From assembly GCF_004376175.1 (NCBI RefSeq), contig NZ_SNUY01000015.1:32411-62249 (forward strand): DNA of 29,839 nucleotides, in the 5' to 3' direction. The notes under the pieces were generated by a model. That model had not been told where the DNA came from, ran no database searches, and worked only from the letters and a program-made list of their open reading frames with translations. The position numbers and the translations under genes are program-made. The stretch is from Halalkalibacterium halodurans. GTDB taxonomy: Bacteria > Bacillota > Bacilli > Bacillales > Bacillaceae_D. Of the stretch, positions 1 to 9,716 are shown piece after piece. How positions within the stretch are numbered: the first letter of the stretch is position 1; every line of letters starts with the position of its first letter.

Positions 1-179
1 ACCAGTTTACAAAGCATTAAAAGAGTTGTCTGGCTTTTAAAAAAGGCAAAATTCTTACCAAGAGAGTATCCTAAGAGTTTGAATCCGCTTTCAAATTTAA
101 GGTGTTAAAAAAACTGCCTATAAATACTTGACTCAAACTCATCTTTTTCTCTCCTTGCTTTCTCACTATTAGCTAATTA

Positions 180-218
180 TAATGACACTGTGTTGTCTAT
201 TCAACGAACAGTTCATTA
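180..218. promoter_or_regulatory. Imperfect inverted repeat TAATGAcACTGT-N16-ACAGTtCATTA, candidate TetR-type operator
   Basis: Read directly. 180-191 and 208-218 are reverse complements apart from one extra base. The repeat lies about 70 nt upstream of the TetR-family start at 286. Confidence 0.3.
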
Positions 219-285
219 TCAAACGTTATGTATCCAACAAATAATAGGTTATCTGTTGTTTAACTAACGACAAGGTGGAAAATGG

Positions 286-852
286 ATGAGTGTCAAATTA
301 GATAGACGGAAAAAGTATACACGGATGGTCTTGAAAGAGAGCCTGATGAAGCTAATGCAAGAAAAACCGTTATCGAATATAACGATCAAAGAAATATGTG
401 ATCTCGCCGATATTAATCGGTCCACCTTTTATTCCCACTAGACAGATTTATACGATCTTCTTTATCAAATTGAAGATGAGATTATCAAGGACTTAAGTGA
501 AGCTTTATCCTCCTACAACTACACAAAAGACGAAGAAGCCTTGCAAATGACGGAGAATTTATTAGTGTATATTGCAAACAATCGAGAAAGCTGTCAAACC
601 TTATTTAGTGAATATGGTGATCCCTCATTTCAAAAGAAAGTGATGATGTTGGCGCACGACCATGTCATCAAAACACCTTTAGTTGGAAAACATACAAAAC
701 CGGACATCTCAGAGTATGTAAGCTTGTATATCGTCAACGGAAGCATTCATATCGTGCAAAGTTGGCTAAAAAATGGGCTAAAACAATCACCGAAAGAAAT
801 GGCCGAGTTAATCATTAAACTTGGCAATAGAGGACTTTCCTCGTTTCAATAA
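286..852 (+). pseudogene. TetR/AcrR-family transcriptional regulator interrupted by an in-frame TAG
   Basis: ATG at 286 gives MSVKLDRRKKYTRMVLKESLMKLMQEKPLSNITIKEICDLADINRSTFYSH, a typical TetR HTH. TAG at 439-441 follows. The same frame stays open (TDLYDLLYQIEDEII...) into the listed ORF 541-852. The stop sits where TetR proteins usually have Tyr (FYxHY). Confidence 0.8.
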
Positions 853-864
853 ACAGCAGTGGTG

Positions 865-906
865 CAAAAAAGAGAGAGGGAATGGTATTATCCCCTCTCT
901 TTTGTC
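865..906. terminator. Bidirectional rho-independent terminator between convergent genes
   Basis: The AGAGAGGG / CCCTCTCT stem (871-900) is flanked by an A-run (865-870) and a T-run (901-904). Confidence 0.6.
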
Positions 907-964
907 ATTGTATTTTTCTTTTTGAAAAGAAGACCTTCAACTTTAGTGTATGATCAAGTATCTC

Positions 965-1195
965 CTATTCTGGATTTTCCTTGTCACCACACTCGGATAA
1001 TGGCTTCCCTTTCCACTCTATTTCAAACCAATTGATCTTCTTTTCCTCGTACAGCTCAGGATCATAAATGTATTGTACATCCCAATTGTCGTTTTCCCCC
1101 TTAAAACTAGTTGTTTCCGTCACAACGGTCTGTGCTGTAGTACAAGCCATTAATAAAAAAATGAAGATCATTCCAAACCATGCATTCAGCTTCAA
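965..1195 (-). CDS. Small putative lipoprotein (76 aa)
   Basis: The ORF-track protein has a hydrophobic signal sequence and a lipobox-like LLMAC motif (MKLNAWFGMIFIFLLMAC). No family is recognised. Confidence 0.5.
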   Translation of the reverse strand: MKLNAWFGMIFIFLLMACTTAQTVVTETTSFKGENDNWDVQYIYDPELYEEKKINWFEIEWKGKPLSECGDKENPE

Positions 1196-1281
1196 TGTTT
1201 CACACCCTTAGCGATATAGTAACTAACAATTATTTCATCTATAGGTAATTTTGACAATATTATAGATGAACGTCCACATGA

Positions 1282-1317
1282 TTGACTTTTTTTATTCATT
1301 TTCAATATATATTTGAA
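1282..1317 (+). promoter_or_regulatory. Candidate sigmaA promoter (TTGACT-N17-ATATAT) overlapping a TTCAA-N7-TTGAA inverted repeat upstream of padR
   Basis: Hexamers read at 1282-1287 and 1305-1310. The palindrome is at 1301-1317, about 30 nt upstream of the 1348 start. Confidence 0.3.
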
Positions 1318-1347
1318 TGAAGTATATATTTTTGTTAAAGTTATTTT

Positions 1348-1689
1348 ATGGATAACACTAGTTTAATTAAAGGACATTTAGAAATGTGCGTCTTGTCGAT
1401 TTTGTCAAAGAAAAAAAGTTACGGGTATGAAATCATGAAGGAACTAGAAAAACATAACTTACGTTTGAAAGGAGTAGGAAGCATTTATCCGATTTTAACG
1501 AAGCTCAAAGATCAAGGATGCGTCGATACGAACCGTGAAATATCAGAGAGCGGGAAGGTCCGAGTTTATTATGAAATCAATGAAACAGGTAAGGTGTTTT
1601 TACGGAAAAGAATAAATGAGTGGCTAACGCTGCAAGAAGACATTCAATCCTTATTGCAACAAGGTTTAGGAGGGGAACTTTTACGATGA
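1348..1689 (+). CDS. PadR-family transcriptional regulator
   Basis: 113 aa. The winged-helix PadR signature is present (HLEMCVLSILSKKKSYGYEIMKELE...GSIYPILTKLKDQG). Confidence 0.9.
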   Translation: MDNTSLIKGHLEMCVLSILSKKKSYGYEIMKELEKHNLRLKGVGSIYPILTKLKDQGCVDTNREISESGKVRVYYEINETGKVFLRKRINEWLTLQEDIQSLLQQGLGGELLR

Positions 1690-2183
1690 ATGAATCATTA
1701 ACCTTAGCGGAAAAACAATTTTTACAGCAAGTTCTCAATGAATTAAAACACGAGCAAATCAACTCTGAAGATCGTGACACGATTAAACAGCAGCTTCTAG
1801 AACATTTTCAGGAAGCTCATGACCACGGTGAAGACAGTCTAGAGACACTCGGTGATCCTACGACGTTTGTCAAAGACTTTTTCGACGTTCACGGAATGGC
1901 TCCACATTCGGCCATTAAAAAGAACCCTAACAGCAGGTCTGCATTCATCGTCGCCACGCTTACGTTTATCACTACCTTTCTCTCTTCACAGTTCATATTG
2001 TCTCTAGTTTTAACAGATTCCTTTCAACCGCAACATCCGAATCCATTTTTCCAATACAATATTTTGTACAACATCTCGGAGCATCCTTGGTGGAATTACA
2101 TGTTACTGACAATCAGCCTTTCCATAGCCTTTGTCGTTAGCTTTCTCGGGTTTGCCTTTGTCCGAAAAAGGAATGTAGCATGA
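1686..2183 (+). CDS. DUF1700/HAAS-type PadR-associated membrane protein
   Basis: I start it at ATG 1686, which overlaps the padR stop (ATGA), rather than at the track start of 1620. The N-terminus MNESLTLAEKQFLQQVLNELK...LGDPTTFVKDF resembles DUF1700. The C-terminal half is hydrophobic. Confidence 0.7.
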   Translation: MNESLTLAEKQFLQQVLNELKHEQINSEDRDTIKQQLLEHFQEAHDHGEDSLETLGDPTTFVKDFFDVHGMAPHSAIKKNPNSRSAFIVATLTFITTFLSSQFILSLVLTDSFQPQHPNPFFQYNILYNISEHPWWNYMLLTISLSIAFVVSFLGFAFVRKRNVA

Positions 2184-3616
2184 AAAGATTAGTGACCTGC
2201 TGTATCATCTTATTTTTGTTGTTTTGTTTATTTCTACCTAGTCGCGAGAGCTTAGCAAAGCCGGACATAGAAAGTACGTTGGATAACTATGTAGAAACAT
2301 TTCTAGGGACGCATCGTATCCCAGGTGCTGCGATTGCGATCGTGCAGGATCGTGAAACGATTTATGCAAAAAGCTGGGGTGTAACTGGAGGATCAGAGGA
2401 AGCAGTCACTCTGGAAACACCTTTTTTGATAGGATCGGTCACTAAGTCGTTAACTGCCTTGGCGATCGTGAAATTGCTAGAAGAAAACAAGATCATGCTG
2501 GACGACTCGGTGCAAGCGCATCTCCCATGGTTCACGCTTCAGGATCAAGGAGCCGCTGCACAAATACCGATCAGACATCTCCTCGCTCATACGAGTGGAC
2601 TTAGTACATACACGGGATTGGCTATCGCAGATCAAGGATCTGCAGATGAAAACGCGATCGTAAGTCATGTGCGAAATCTAGCAACTGAGGAGCTCACAGC
2701 TGCTCCTGGAGAGCAACATCAATATAGCAATGCAAACTACTTAATTCTTGGCGCTCTCGTAGAAGAGGTGTCCGGTCAGCCATTTTCTGAATATATGAAG
2801 CAGTATATTTTTTCACCTTTAGGGATGGAGCATGCAGCAGCGGATCATGGAACGGCAGCAAGAAACGGGTATCTTGGTAGCTATCAATCTTGGTTCGGCT
2901 TCCCAACAAAAAGTCGCATTTCCTATGATAACGGAGGTACTCCCTATGGCTACATCGCGGCCAGTGCTGAGGACATAGCTTCGTATATTAAGTTCCTTCA
3001 AGGGAATGAGCCAAACGATTTTCTAACAGAAGAAAGCCTATCCATCTATTTATCTCCTCTTGTTCAACAGAGGGAGAATCGCTATTACGGCTTTGGTTTG
3101 CGACTGACCACTTTTGATTCTGGAGAGACGATGATTTGGCATTCAGGGGCAACTCCTGATTCACGGGCTGAATTGTTCATCTTGCCAGAACACAAATGGG
3201 GTGGCGTGATTCTTACGAATAAAAATCATCGTTTAGAGGAAGAAGCCGTAACTCATTTACGCGAGGGCATTATTCAGATTTTGCATGGTGAGCAACCACT
3301 CCATGTTCCTAAAAAGCTTCCAACGATTCAATGGATCATGTCAGGATTGTTGTCCATGGTTCTCATACGGTTCATCTCTTTACTGAAGACGATGAAAAGT
3401 AACAGCACTCATAAAAACATCCGTTGGCGGATATGGGGGCTAACGTCTATTCTTTCCGCTATCCTGCTTATTCCACTCCTTACCTATAGTGTCCATGCTC
3501 CTTGGCACACGATTACTGTATTTACTCCTGATATTGCATGGCTTACGATTTTCACGGTGATTTTATTGTCGCTAAATGGCCTTACCTCCATTTATGTTTC
3601 ATTGCGAAAAGGTTGA
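2180..3616 (+). CDS. Beta-lactamase-family serine hydrolase with C-terminal transmembrane anchor
   Basis: Signal peptide, S-x-x-K (GSVTKS), Y-x-N (YSNANY) and an H-x-G third motif (WHSGA) are present. About 100 C-terminal residues form hydrophobic segments. The start overlaps the upstream stop (ATGA). Confidence 0.85.
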   Translation: MKRLVTCCIILFLLFCLFLPSRESLAKPDIESTLDNYVETFLGTHRIPGAAIAIVQDRETIYAKSWGVTGGSEEAVTLETPFLIGSVTKSLTALAIVKLLEENKIMLDDSVQAHLPWFTLQDQGAAAQIPIRHLLAHTSGLSTYTGLAIADQGSADENAIVSHVRNLATEELTAAPGEQHQYSNANYLILGALVEEVSGQPFSEYMKQYIFSPLGMEHAAADHGTAARNGYLGSYQSWFGFPTKSRISYDNGGTPYGYIAASAEDIASYIKFLQGNEPNDFLTEESLSIYLSPLVQQRENRYYGFGLRLTTFDSGETMIWHSGATPDSRAELFILPEHKWGGVILTNKNHRLEEEAVTHLREGIIQILHGEQPLHVPKKLPTIQWIMSGLLSMVLIRFISLLKTMKSNSTHKNIRWRIWGLTSILSAILLIPLLTYSVHAPWHTITVFTPDIAWLTIFTVILLSLNGLTSIYVSLRKG

Positions 3617-3786
3617 GTAAGTAATCTCTTACTTAGCCTTTTACTTTTGAACTAAACATTCCTACATAACCTTAAAGTCCTGTGACGGAGTTTTGACTTA
3701 TTTTCAGTAGATAAATCACTAAACCTTCGCACTTGCATCACTGTTGTAAGATTTAAGGGTAAGCCAGTAAAAAGGAGGTTTTTTGT

Positions 3787-6249
3787 TTGAAACATGACAT
3801 CAACATTCGCGGAGCACGGGAGCACAACTTGAAAAACATCTCCCTTAAGATCCCAAAAAATAAACTAGTGCTGCTTACAGGGCCGTCCGGTTCAGGGAAG
3901 TCCACGCTTGCCCTCGACACGCTGCAACGAGAATGTCAGCGACAATACATGGAGTCGATGGGGATGACGACCGATGCGGTGAGTAAGCCAAAAGTCGATT
4001 CAATCGTCGGCTTGTCACCATCGATTAGCATCGGCCAACATATTACGAACCGAAATCCCCGTTCCACCGTTGGAACTACAACCGATATGTACACGTACTT
4101 GCGGGTGCTCTACGAAAAGTTAGGCGAGCAGCCATGCCCCCATTGCGATAAGATGGTTCCTCCTCGAGTCGATAAAGAACAGTATGAGGAAGATGGAGGG
4201 TTTAAGCAATTGATCGATTGCTCCCATTGTCATCAGCGCTTTGAAAAATTAACTCGAAGCCATTTTTCCTTTAACAAGCCAGAAGGAGCCTGCCCAACAT
4301 GCGATGGTCTCGGAAATGTCTCAGAGCTTGACCTTACAGCAGTTTTTCAAGAGGAACAAAGCTTGAAGGAAGACGGTGTAGCCATTTGGAAAGGCCAATA
4401 CCGAGACTATCAGTTGGCGATTTTGCAAGCGGCAGCGGAGTACTATGACATTTCCCTCGACCTCGACAGTCCATTGAAAAGCTTTAACAACATCCAAAAG
4501 GATCTACTTTACTATGGGGTTGATTGCGAACCGTTTAGCGCCCATTTTCCAAACAAAAAACCACCAAAAACGGTCGGACAAGGCAAATTTGAAGGGATCG
4601 TTACAGGCATTTGGCGAAGGTATAAAGAAAAAGCAGGGCAATCAGGTGAAGCTAACCTTTTCTTCACTAAGCAATGCCCTGACTGTCATGGTGAGCGTTT
4701 AAATAAGAGAAGTTGCGGCGTATTAGTGGCGAATACCTCCATTTCGCGTGTCACCAAGTGGTCCCTGAATGAAATCCTCACTTGGCTAGACAATCTTCAG
4801 CAACGTTATTCAGATGAAAGCTTTCAAGTGATAGAGCCTCTTTTACACGATTTAAAAACAAAGTTGACTCGGATTGTTCGTGTCGGCTTAGGTTACTTGT
4901 CGCTCGATCGGCAAACGATCACCCTTTCTGGCGGCGAGGCCCAGCGCTTACGGTTGGCGACGATATTAGGATCGGGCTTAACAGGCGTCCTCTATATTTT
5001 AGACGAGCCGACGGCAGGCCTTCATCCGAAAGATACTCACGGACTACTTCAAGTGATGAAAGAGCTTAGAGATTTAGAAAATACCGTTCTCGTCATTGAA
5101 CACGATGAAGATATGATGAGAGGGGCCGATCACATCATCGACATTGGCCCAGGAGCGGGAAAATACGGTGGTACCGTCGTCGGCCAAGGGAGCGTTTCCT
5201 AATTAATGGAACAGGAGCAGTCGATTACAGGGACCTTTCTAAAAAAGCCGCCAACTACTTTTCATAAAAAACGAACCGGAAACGGGAACCATTTAACCGT
5301 TCATCACGTAACTAAACATAATTTGAAAAACATCACGGTCTCCTTTCCCCTTGGAACGCTCATCTCCGTCACAGGTGTTTCGGGCTCAGGGAAATCAACA
5401 CTCGTGTTTGATGTGCTCGCCGCCGGATTCAACGGAGCCCCTCAAGGCTGTGAAAAAATCACTGGCTTTGAGGCAATCAAAACGTTGATCACGGTCGATC
5501 AAACACCACTCACACGAATGCAGCGCTCCAACATTGCGACCTCCACAGATGCGTTTACTCACATTCGACACTTGTTTTCTAATCTTCCTGAAGCGAAACA
5601 AAAAAAATTAAAGGCGAAAGATTTTTCCTTTAACACGCAAGGTGGACGATGCGAGCATTGCCAAGGGCTCGGTTTTGTCATGACGAACATGCATTTCTTA
5701 CCTGACCTTGAGGTGACGTGTCCCGTTTGTAAGGGGAGGCGCTTTAAAGACTTCATTCTCGACATTACCTATAACGGACAAACGATCTCCTCTATCCTTG
5801 ATTTAACCATCGAAGAAAGCCGTCCCTTATTTGAACATGTGAAAAAGATTAGCTCGATCATCGAGCTGCATTGTGAAGTTGGACTCGGTTATTTAAGCTG
5901 GGGGCAACCAGTCACAACCTTATCCGGCGGTGAAGGACAACGGCTCAAATTAGCAAAAGAACTATACAAGCAAACATCGAACCATACATTATATCTTCTC
6001 GATGAGCCAACAACCGGGCTGCATCCAACTGATGTGCAAAATCTCTTGCTTCTGCTAAACCGACTTGTAGATGCAGGAAATACCGTGATCACAGTCGAGC
6101 ATACATTGGAAGTGATTCGTGCATCCGACTGGGTGATTGACATTGGCCCCGGAGGCGGAGAAGATGGGGGCCAAGTAGTCGCCCAAGGAACACCAGAGCA
6201 AATTGTCGCTGTGAAAGAATCACATACCGGGGCTTTTTTAAATCGTTAA
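3787..6249 (+). pseudogene. UvrA-paralog ABC ATPase (UvrA2-like, no UvrB-binding insert) split by an in-frame TAA
   Basis: TTG start at 3787 follows AAAGGAGG. The N-half, 3787-5202, has [12 protein letters not shown], Walker [10 protein letters not shown], zinc modules and LSGGE. The C-half, 5206-6249, has a second GVSGSGKST, CxxC pairs and LSGGE. Both halves are in the same frame, separated only by TAA (5200-5202) plus one codon. The distance between CPHC and FSFNKPEGACPTCDG is far too short to contain the UvrB-binding domain of canonical UvrA. Confidence 0.85.
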
Positions 6250-6487
6250 ATACCAGCATGTAAGGTTCTCCCTAGGATTTTTTCTAGGGAAATCTATTCC
6301 TTTTTAAAAATAAGGTTGCCCTTTACGTAAGGGAAGGATTTATGCTTCATTTAGGAGATGATTTCCACTATAGAGAGATTCGTCATGATAGGAGGTCTGC
6401 CAATAGAAAGTGCATTATTTTGTACCTTTTCTCGATAATTAATTATGATCAATACCGTGGTAACTCATTGTTAAAGGGGTTAATAAT

Positions 6488-8224
6488 ATGGAAAAACAAC
6501 AACAAACTAGTTTGAAGCCATTTTTCTCGCTCATTCTTTCCGCAAACATTCCGAAGCTTGCCTTAACGTTCGGTCTTATTGGCAGCCTGATTACAACACT
6601 CGTAGGACTTACGATTCCATTGCTTACGCGGGAAATGGTCGATGGCTTTTCGCTAGAATCACTCAATACGTTCCTCATTGCCGCGATCATCGTCGTGTTT
6701 ATTTTACAAGCGGTGCTTGACGGGTTATCCATGTACGCACTTGCCTATGTTGGGCAAAAAATTGTTGCCCGTCTTAGAGAACGGATGTGGTTCAAACTGC
6801 TTCGCTTGCCTGTCAACTATTTTGATAAAAACACGAGTGGGCAAACGGTTAGCCGGGTCGTGAATGATACTGGGATTGTAAAAGACTTAATCTCTCAACA
6901 TTTTCCTCAATTTGTCGGCGGTATCATTACAATTATCGGGGCCATGATCATCTTATTTATTATGGATTGGAAAATGACCTTGTTAATGTTTATTGCTGTC
7001 CCAATCACGGTCGCCGTGATGGTTCCCCTCGGGATGCGAATGTCAAAAATTTCTCGTGGTTTGCAGGATGAAACGGCGAACTTTACGGGAAATGTGCAGC
7101 AAACGCTTAGTGAAATCCGTTTAATGAAAGCATCCAATGCCGAACAAACAGAAGAAAAGAAAGGGTTAACTGGGATCGAGAAGCTGTTTTCCTTCGGGTT
7201 AAAGGAAGGGAAAATTTTTGCTTTGATTGCCCCACTTATGTATCTCGTCGTTATGGTCGTGATCGTCATTATTATCGGGTATGGTGGTATTCGGGTAGCA
7301 GAAGGAACGATGACGACAGGATCGCTTGTTGCTTTCTTGCTTTATTTGTTCCAAATCATTTTCCCGATTACGTCGTTTACGATGTTTTTTACCCAATTGC
7401 AAAAGGCAAAGGGAGCAACTGAGCGAATTATCGAGATTTTAGACATCGAGGAGGAGAATGGGCAACAAGGGATCGAGATGGACATTTCAAACAAGGCCAT
7501 TCACGTAAAAAACGTTTCCTTTTCCTACAATGAAGAGGAGCCCGTCATCCAGAATGTTTCCTTTGATGTAGAACCAGGAACAATGGTAGCTTTTGCCGGT
7601 CCGAGTGGCGGCGGGAAAACGACGATGTTCGGCTTGCTGGAACGCTTTTACGAGCCAACCTCTGGGGAAATTCTCATAGGGGATACCTCCATACAAGAGC
7701 TTTCCATGTACTCTTGGCGCAAACAAATCGGCTACGTGTCTCAGGACAGTCCGATGATGGTCGGAACGATCCGAGAAAACTTGTGCTATGGATTAGAGGA
7801 TCGTGACGATATCGACGACGATCGGCTTTGGGAAGTCGCGAAGATGGCCTACGCGGATCAATTCATAAGCGAGTTTCCGAAAGGACTTGATACGGAAGTC
7901 GGTGAACGTGGTGTCAAGCTCTCCGGCGGGCAGCGTCAACGAATCGCGATTGCTCGAGCGTTTTTGCGAGATCCAAAAATATTAATGATGGATGAAGCAA
8001 CTGCGAGCTTGGATAGTCAATCGGAAGGCATCGTGCAACAAGCATTGACCCGCCTTATGGAGGGACGGACAACGTTTGTGATCGCCCACCGGCTATCGAC
8101 AATCGTCAATGCCGATAAAATCATCTTTATTGAAAAAGGCCAAATCACCGGAATCGGCACCCATCAAGAGCTCGTCCAAACCCATGATCTCTATCGCGAG
8201 TTTGCCGAGCAGCAATTAACGTAA
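6488..8224 (+). CDS. bmrA: Homodimeric-type ABC multidrug exporter (TMD-NBD), BmrA/YvcC-like
   Basis: 578 aa with six TM helices followed by an NBD (GPSGGGKTT, LSGGQRQRIAIARA, ILMMDEATASLD). Long stretches match B. subtilis BmrA as I recall it (KPFF..., VSRVxNDT, IRLxKASNAE, GATERxIEIL, HRLSTxVxAD). The symbol is assigned by resemblance only. Confidence 0.85.
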   Translation: MEKQQQTSLKPFFSLILSANIPKLALTFGLIGSLITTLVGLTIPLLTREMVDGFSLESLNTFLIAAIIVVFILQAVLDGLSMYALAYVGQKIVARLRERMWFKLLRLPVNYFDKNTSGQTVSRVVNDTGIVKDLISQHFPQFVGGIITIIGAMIILFIMDWKMTLLMFIAVPITVAVMVPLGMRMSKISRGLQDETANFTGNVQQTLSEIRLMKASNAEQTEEKKGLTGIEKLFSFGLKEGKIFALIAPLMYLVVMVVIVIIIGYGGIRVAEGTMTTGSLVAFLLYLFQIIFPITSFTMFFTQLQKAKGATERIIEILDIEEENGQQGIEMDISNKAIHVKNVSFSYNEEEPVIQNVSFDVEPGTMVAFAGPSGGGKTTMFGLLERFYEPTSGEILIGDTSIQELSMYSWRKQIGYVSQDSPMMVGTIRENLCYGLEDRDDIDDDRLWEVAKMAYADQFISEFPKGLDTEVGERGVKLSGGQRQRIAIARAFLRDPKILMMDEATASLDSQSEGIVQQALTRLMEGRTTFVIAHRLSTIVNADKIIFIEKGQITGIGTHQELVQTHDLYREFAEQQLT

Positions 8225-8229
8225 TAAAA

Positions 8230-8275
8230 GAAAGGTCCACTTCCATTCGTTGGTCGTGGGCCTTTCGCTTTTATC
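8230..8275 (+). terminator. Rho-independent terminator after the ABC exporter
   Basis: An 11-bp stem GAAAGGTCCAC / GTGGGCCTTTC (one G-U) is followed by GCTTTTATCTTT. Confidence 0.75.
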
Positions 8276-8471
8276 TTTCATATCTATTCATGAATCGTAG
8301 CCGTTCGCTGCTAATTGTTTTGATTACATGCGATCGATTAATCTGTTCATCGTTGAAAGAATGAAACGAACGGTACAAACAGACTAGCGACTTTCTGTTT
8401 CATTTTCCAAATCACAAAGGCCCGAACGCGGAGCAAGTTGTACCTTCTCATCCGGTCCGTATTCCTCGCTT

Positions 8472-9394
8472 TTAGTTTATACGTTCTTGACGGTTCAGAT
8501 CACCCTCGGTCTGGTACGGGTTAATATGGACAAACACTCTTTTAATATGGTTATGGTTGGCTAGCAATGCTTTTTTGACTCGTTTGGAGATTCGATGCCC
8601 TTCCTCCACACTAAGGTTTGGATCCACTCCTACCTTGATATCAACCACAATATAATGACCATGCGTTCTTGCCAACAATTCATCGATTCTTTTCACGCCT
8701 TCGATCTTAGATACCGTTCGGATAAATGGTTTCGTTTTTTCCGGATCAAGCACTTGCTCCATCATAATTGAGCTTGATTCCTTCGCTAGGGAAAAGCCGA
8801 TCTTGATAACGATTAATGAAACGATTAGCCCCGCCACAGGATCTAAGTAAACAAGGATCGGATAGTTGAAATGTTGACCTACCATGGCACCAAACACCCC
8901 GATAAAGGCTGCAATCGAGGAAAGAGCATCTGACCGATGGTGCCACGCTTCTGCTAACAACGCAGAGCTGTTTATTTTTTTGGCCAGACGATATTTATAT
9001 TGAAATAAAACCTCCTTGATGATAATCGAAGCAATGATGGCCACTAGTGCTATTCCTTTAGGAGCCGATGGCATTTCCCCTACGAATACTTTAGTAGAGG
9101 ATATCGCGATCTCAACACCGACCACAATTAACAGGATGGCCACAATGATCGTTGCCACATTCTCCGCTTTTCCATGACCATATGGGTGATCGGCATCCGG
9201 TGGTTTTTTAGCGGTTCGCAATCCTGCGAGAACAGCGATCGACCCCGCTACATCAGAGGCTGAATGGGCTGCATCTGCGATTAACGCTCGACTCCCAGAA
9301 AGCCACCCAATAACCCCTTTCATAAGAGCAATAAGCCATTAACAATGATTCCGACCCACGTTGCAAATTCTGCTTCCTTAAAACGACTCTCCAT
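8472..9394 (-). pseudogene. Cation diffusion facilitator (CDF) efflux transporter with an N-terminal frameshift
   Basis: The track ORF 8472-9323 begins inside TM1 (MKGVIGWLSGSRALIADAAHSASD). ATG 9394, with a GGTGGTG RBS, encodes MESRFKEAEFATWVGIIVNGLLLL and then hits TGA at 9322-9320 in another frame. Restoring one base near 9325-9330 would give ...VNGLLALMKGVIGW, the normal CDF N-terminus. Confidence 0.8.
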
Positions 9395-9716
9395 CCATGA
9401 CACCACCATAAAATGACGTTACGTGAACTTCCATTCTCGTTTGCGTTTCTATCCTATCAGACGGGGATCGAGTGGGTCTAGAGCAACGTTTTTACTTGAA
9501 ATCAAGTAATTTCACGCAAGCAAATTTACATTCATCCATTCTATTTTCTTGCATGAAGGCAAGCTTTTAGCCTGATGGAAAAATAGGAGCTTAAGAATAG
9601 CGATGGACCGAAGCAACAAGGGAAGCTAAAGAACCAATGAATACTCGATGAAGCCGTTCTAGGGACTCGCCGCTTACGCTAACCATCTTCCTGTAAAAAG
9701 ACATTCCTTCCTTTTT

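Noticed and set aside
1-110. Open frame running in from the left edge (TSLQSIKRVVWLLKKAKFLPREYPKSLNPLSNLRC*) as the 3' end of a truncated gene
   Set aside because: Only 35 codons are visible and there is no recognisable family, so it cannot be supported.
1620-1685. N-terminal extension of the DUF1700 ORF (track start 1620) overlapping padR
   Set aside because: The extension is out of frame within padR and arginine-rich. ATG 1686 gives the typical DUF1700 N-terminus and an ATGA coupling overlap.
6342-6515. 57-codon upstream ORF (MLHLGDDFHYREIR...) overlapping the ABC exporter start, as a possible attenuation leader like bmrB-bmrCD
   Set aside because: The RBS spacing is poor, at 4 nt. I could find no terminator/antiterminator alternative structure. 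The peptide has no recognisable features.
6439-7726. Several antisense ORFs inside the ABC exporter gene (6439-6732, 6907-7269, 7199-7402, 7487-7726), with similar antisense ORFs in uvrA, the IS110 transposase and other genes
   Set aside because: All lie opposite strongly supported genes and have no motifs or RBS, so they are ordinary shadow ORFs.
9655-9680. 12-nt identity (GACTCGCCGCTT) between 9664-9675 and the IS tail at 19586-19597, suggesting a dispersed repeat
   Set aside because: The flanking sequence does not align. Dozens of 12-mer coincidences are expected by chance in a 30-kb window searched on both strands.
9560-9700. 37-codon ORF on the minus strand (MSFYRKMVSVSGESLERLH...) between the AraC and CDF genes
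   Set aside because: It is too short, the RBS abuts the ATG, and no family is recognisable.
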